Below are positions 58,930 to 64,000 of a stretch of DNA of 64,000 nt, piece after piece. Within the stretch, counting starts at the first letter, position 1; every line of letters begins with the position of its first letter. A model generated the notes under the pieces. It was not told the DNA's origin, searched no databases, and saw only the letters and a list, made by a program, of their open reading frames with translations. The DNA is from Dudresnaya verticillata (Eukaryota), in assembly GCA_977862235.1 (NCBI GenBank), contig OZ374559.1, positions 62,001-126,000 on the forward strand, in the 5' to 3' direction. The translations under genes were made by a program, and so were the position numbers.

Positions 58930-59607
58930 ATGGATGCCACACCGCAGCGCCGTGCCCTTCGCCAAGCTATCGACGACAATGCCGACGTCGACGACATGGT
59001 TGCACTCGCCTTTGCGTTTTGGGACGCTTCAGATGGAGGGCCCGTTCTGCCTTCGCGAGCCGTCGCCTTGCTCGAGCGAGCGATTGATGAGGGCGACCAT
59101 GACGAAGCGCGGCATGGCCTTGCACTGTTGCTGAAGGAAGGTGCCGCGGGAGTGCCCAAGGACGAGCGCCGCGCCGCGGAGCTGGTCGAGCGCGCCAACG
59201 CGCGAGATCAGCGCGGGGTGTCGCTGTTCGATCTCGAAACGCGTCTTCATATCGGACGGCGCCATTTTGTCAAAGACACAAAGCGCGCGGCAGCGCTGTT
59301 GGAACGAGCCGTTGCAGAGTTTGCGAATGCGGACGCAATGGTCAATTTGGGCCTTCTCCGACGCGGCGACGGCGTCGCCAAAGACGCTCCGCGCGCCGCC
59401 GCGCTGTTCGAACGAGCCGTTGCAGAGTTTGCAGATGTGGACGCAATGGTCGGTTTGGGCATTCTCCTCGCAGACGGCGACGGCGTCGCCCAAGACGCTC
59501 CGCGCGGCGCTGCGCTGTTCGAGCGCATCATCGCGGAGGGCGAAAATGCCGTCGCAATGGCCAATTTGGGCCAATTGCTGCAGAGAGGCGAAATCGATGT
59601 TCCGCGA
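58930..59607 (+). pseudogene. Sel1-Roco paralog 5' part (short Sel1 array), interrupted by a Copia LTR
   Basis: Upstream region and N-terminus are near-identical to ~44000-44640. Homology stops at gatgttccgcga, where the LTR begins. Confidence 0.85.
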
Positions 59608-60064
59608 TGTCGTCCGTTGCCGGTCGAAACGCGCGCGCGGCGTGAGAGTGGTGTGCAATCACCGCTCTACGGGCACGGCGCGCAGGGTCGCGGAACGCGT
59701 GGAAAGGCGCGCGAGCGGGGCGAAGCGGGGCGCGAGCGGGGCGCGAGCGGAGCGAAGCGGGGCGCGAGCGGAGCGAGCGGGTCAGAGAGGTGGGCGAGGT
59801 TTATCGAAGCAAGGGAAGAGGGCCACGGCAGACCACCGCGGCTGACGCAACGGACGTTCGCGTCAACGCTGCTTACTCTTCTACTTCAATCGTGCTCTCG
59901 AGGAGCGGGGGTGGTCTGCAGTGGTCAGCGGGGCTTGAAGTAGCCCAGCCACATGCAGTCGGGCGCGCGCGTCGCGCGCGGACGGCGCGGTGGTCGCCGA
60001 CGGCGGGAGCACTGTAAGGTATCTTACAGTGCGACTCTGCGACACAGATGGGTCCAAATCGACA
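59608..60064 (-). repeat. 3' LTR (457 bp) of the Copia element
   Basis: TGTCG...CGACA termini, with an adjacent polypurine tract AGGGGGGAG on the minus strand at 60065-60073. Confidence 0.85.
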
Positions 60065-60801
60065 CTCCCCCCTGTCGCAGAACGGTCGTCGGCGATGCGC
60101 GCATATCTAATTTGCATTAGACATAGGCGGGAAGAATAATCGGGCGGAGGGCGGCAATTTCCGGGCCCAAAATCAGGCGCCAAAATCGTCGGGTAGAAAT
60201 TGCACACTATGAAAATCATGAGGCGGGCAGATAAATCGGGCCCAGGGCGGCAATTTCGGGGCGGGAAATCGTGCGCCAAATGGTCGGGTAGAAATTGCCA
60301 ACTGTGATAATCATCAGGTGTGGTCAGGCGGGATATAAGCGGCCACCGGTTGTGCCTTCCTTCCCCTCCCCTGCTCTGTTCACGAACCAACCTGACTGCA
60401 CAGCACCCTATGGCGTCCTGGTTCGCTTATGGACTCGCCTTCGCTCAAATGGTAGCTTGCTACCACTCCTTCTTGCCGATTGACCCATGCGGCGGGCTAA
60501 AAGACACCTATGTTGTGCTGGTCCGCAGCTTCGCGCTCAACCTTGCGGGGGAAACCCCAATGGGAGAGGTCCAATTCCTTTACGCCATCAAAACGTCGTA
60601 TGGGTCGGGGCCCAAAAGGCTTCGTGCCGGGTCCCAGTTGCAAGTTGGGGGGCTTCAACCATCTTGGACGCTTGGGGTGTTTGCAACGTCTTCTTCTTGT
60701 TCGTGGGTATGCGAAACAATGCGAGACTTGCGAATTGCCTCAGAATACTGACAGTTTCTTCCTCTTTGCGCGAACGGTAATGCGGTCATCGTGCTTCTCC
60801 G

Positions 60802-63800
60802 CTATTTGCGAACGATCCACTGCTCCGGCTGAATGTTTAGCGGACCGGAAACAACAACTTCTCGCAACTGCGCTTGACTCATCATCTTCGTCAAGCCATC
60901 AGCGATGTTGGAGCTACTGCGGACAAACCCGATGTCCGAGATCGTCTTATCGCGGAACCCTTCGCGTGCCGCAGCGATGTGAAGCATCATCCTCTTCTCG
61001 GAAGTTCTGGAGCCCTTGGATATGACGTCGAAGAGACTCTTGCTGTCGGTTAGAAGTTGGACCGGGACAGTCGTGTTGAGAAGAACTCCAAGCTCACCTG
61101 CGATGGCGATGGCGATGTCGAACATGTCGGAGAATACTATAACTTCCCCGGACATTGCTGAGCGAGTCACCCGTCTTGACTTGTACGACTTGAAGCTGAC
61201 CGGGACTGAAGATCCACTGTCGTCAGTGAGAACTACAACGTGGCCAAGCTGGGAACTGAGATCCCTGTTGTTAGCGAACGAGGCATCAGAGAATCCAACC
61301 ACCTTAATGGTGTCTGCCTTCAACCTTGGGACGCGTAGGCGTACTCGATGGTCAACCGCGTACGTTACAGCCTTGTTGAGACGTCGGATATTGGCTTGCC
61401 TGTTCTTGAAGAAGTCTTCCTCTGTGACTTGTGCGAGCTGAGATACTTCGAAAAGGCAGTCAGGGCGTGAGTTAGACAACCACACCAGCTTCATGTGCAT
61501 GGACTGGAATTCGCGAAAGGTTGCATCTGGATGCAGACATTCCAGATTGCGGAGGTACGCGTTCTGGTCGATGTACATCGTGCCATCCTTATCGCGATCG
61601 ATGACAAATCCTGTGAACTCTGCTGGAAGCTTGGACTCGTCCGTCATCTCGAAGCGTGCGTTGGTTTTCTGCGAGAGTTTTCGAAACTTTTCGCTTCCGC
61701 AGCGGATGAGGTCGTCAACATAGCACCCACTCAAGCCTTGTAGTACTCCTTCACTCAGCAGATAGTACAGTGCGGGATCAATGCGCATCGGCTTCATTCC
61801 CAACTCAAGGCGGTGGTGCTTGTCAAGCGTTATATGCCACAGATCTCCTGCATCGCATAGTCCATATAGCGGCTTCAAGAGTTGAAGACACTGGTCAGGC
61901 TCAAGTTCAAACTCTGCAGCGGGCTTGCCGATGAACACGTCTCGTGCCAGTGGTTCGGAAGCTTGAAGGTAGGCTTGCCTGATATCTGCTGTCCAGATGT
62001 CAAACCCAAAGATGCCTGCCAACGCAAGAAGCAGTCTTACTGACTGAGGTTGCAAGGTTGTCGTGGAGTGCACCATCATGTCCTTCATCTTGTCTCGATG
62101 GCCTCCAATGACGTATCGGGCCTTATACTTGATCTTGCCGTCCAGCGAGGACTTGATCGCGAGTACAAATCTGCCGGGAAGAACATTCGCGTCTCTTGGG
62201 ATGTCTTCCTTGAGTATCACCTTGAACGTACCGCGCTGCATGAGGTTGCGGAGTTCTACCTTCTTGGCTTCAGTCATCTCGTAGTGCTTGGCTCGTTCAT
62301 CGTTCGGATCAAGCACTTCCGTCATGAATATCCCATGCTCTTCCATCTTCGGGGACTTGAACGGGTTCAGACTTTTGTCGATGTCTGCCATGAAGGTTTG
62401 TGCAAGAAGTTCGGGGGTGAAGTATGGTTTCACCTGCGTGACGCTGAAGGGCCGAGCGGGACTTCCTTCGATGTCTCGGATGAACACAAGCTTCTTGGAG
62501 TAGTCAACTGATTCTACTTCGAAGGGTCCGAGCCATTCTCCAATGCGGTTGGCAATGATCTTCTCGCGAAATACGAGCACGCGATCACCAGGCTCATAGC
62601 TGCGCTCGGAAGCAGGTGGGACAGCGTAGTGAAGTGCTCGTCTGACCTTGAGCTCAGCCATCCGCTTCTTCATCTCCGCACGAGCAGCTGTAGCAATAGA
62701 AGCGCGTTCAGCTACCGTGGGTCGAGGTCCGGGCTCTTCAGACAAGGTGGCAATTTGTGGAAATTCTCCGAAGACAAGAGCAGAAGGTACTAGGCCTTCG
62801 GGTCCAAGGGTGTCGTTCATTGCCTTCACAGATGAAGCTAGAAGAATCTCCTTGCCTGCATGCGGGTAAGCATGTCGGAGCTTGCGGTATGTCGTTCGCA
62901 GCGGCTCATGGTACCTCTCGCACAGTCCAAGACTGGAGTGGGCTTCAATGCCGGTGCGGTTGACTTCAACGTTGTTGACTTGGGCTATGTGGATGAACTG
63001 TTGTCCAAACTGTGAGCCTTGGTCAGTGAGAATGCTGTTCGGACGTCCACAGTAGACGAGAGTCCAGCATGACATCAAGGTTGTCCAGATCTTCTGCGTC
63101 GACACATCAGGGAGGAATCGTGCGGCGCTGAACTTCGTGGCTTCGTCAACGATGTGGAGAACAGGCGCTGATTCAAGTGACATGATGTCAATGAGGATGA
63201 GTTCATTGAATCTTAAGTCTTCGGCACCAAACGATACACGGAAACGATGAGGAGCGTGTTGTATTCGTTGACACGGGTCGGAACGTTTCGCGATGTCTTT
63301 CAGCGTTTCCAGTGTTTGAGGTGTAGCTTCCTCTGGACGTGCTCGCTTAATAAGGTTGTATAGCTTCTGTGCGCTTACATGGAAGAACTGTCGGTGAAGT
63401 CTTCGCAACTGTGGACGCGTGAAGTAGCTGGCTGTCGAGAAGTGCATCTGAGCATACAAGTGGTTTCTTCCAGAGCGGGTCAACGGCACCTGCCATGTTG
63501 AGGTGCACCAGCTTCCCTTCTTGGTCGGTATGTCTCGTACGCTTGATGAGTTGGTTCGAGACAGTGCATGGAGTCAAGGAGTGTTTGTCCAGTACATCCA
63601 TGCCAAGAAGTGCGGGGATATCGGCTTCGACAATGTCCATTTCAACGTCGATGTTGCTTATGCCTGGTGGGGTCAACAGCGGTATGGAAATGCGACCGAG
63701 TGACTCGTACGTGGCGTCGGCAAAGCGAAACCTGTTGCGCGAGGGCATGAGTCTTCGGGAATGTATGCCTGCAGCAGTAAGGATGCGCTGCATCTCTTTG

Positions 63801-63901
63801 CGTCCTACGACAGACTTTGGAGCCCCTATGTCCACACAGAAGCCAGCTGGTCTTGTATTACGTATCTCCTTTCCAAGAGAACCAACGTGGATGCATACCA
63901 T
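60802..63901 (-). CDS. Copia pol: protease (frameshift near 63490), integrase, RT, RNase H
   Basis: VDIGAPKSV...PALLG; LHRQFFH, TDQGSQF, CERYH, WLGPF; ADIRQAYLQ, YVDD; FSDASFA, TDSKSL, NIADGLTK. Confidence 0.9.
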
Positions 63902-64000
63902 GAAGATGTCTGGTGGTTTGATGCTTTGGGATGGGTGGGAGTGCCTGGGGACTGCTTTGCGATGATGCTTCTGCCATCGCTTGTTCGCTCGGCGACAAGG

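Larger units (their letters stand above)
59608..64000 (-). mobile_element. Ty1/Copia-order LTR retrotransposon (5' part lies outside the window)
   Basis: Domain order PR-IN-RT-RH, plus PPT and LTR. Confidence 0.9.

Overview
Eukaryotic, intron-poor, repeat-rich DNA that looks subtelomeric. A red-algal or similar protist origin is inferred from gene content only. There are three zones. (1) 0.4-13.6 kb: compact intronless orphan genes, including four diverged paralogs of one unrecognised ~400-aa family, a Sel1-like protein and a papain/USP-like cysteine protease, with telomere-like (CCCCTAAA)n tracts at 6.5 and 13.7 kb. (2) 13.76-36.6 kb: a block that begins exactly at the telomere-like tract. 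It is marked by about 45 copies of an 11-8-11 dyad (GGAAGCAGTTG-N8-CAACTGCTTCC). It also holds an 89-bp near-perfect palindrome, a ~1,430-codon orphan ORF and a ~2,030-codon frameshifted gene that fuses Zn fingers, a tyrosine-recombinase-like domain, a RecQ helicase and a CCHC knuckle. This block is the best candidate for an undescribed telomere-associated mobile or recombination system. (3) 36.8-64 kb: an immune-receptor-like Sel1-Roc-COR-TIR gene with 11 near-identical 111-bp repeats and four partial paralogs, a 5'-truncated CRE-like RLE non-LTR retrotransposon, and a Copia LTR retrotransposon inserted in one Sel1 paralog. No rRNA, tRNA or CRISPR array was recognised. All domain calls come from motifs read by eye; no searches were run.
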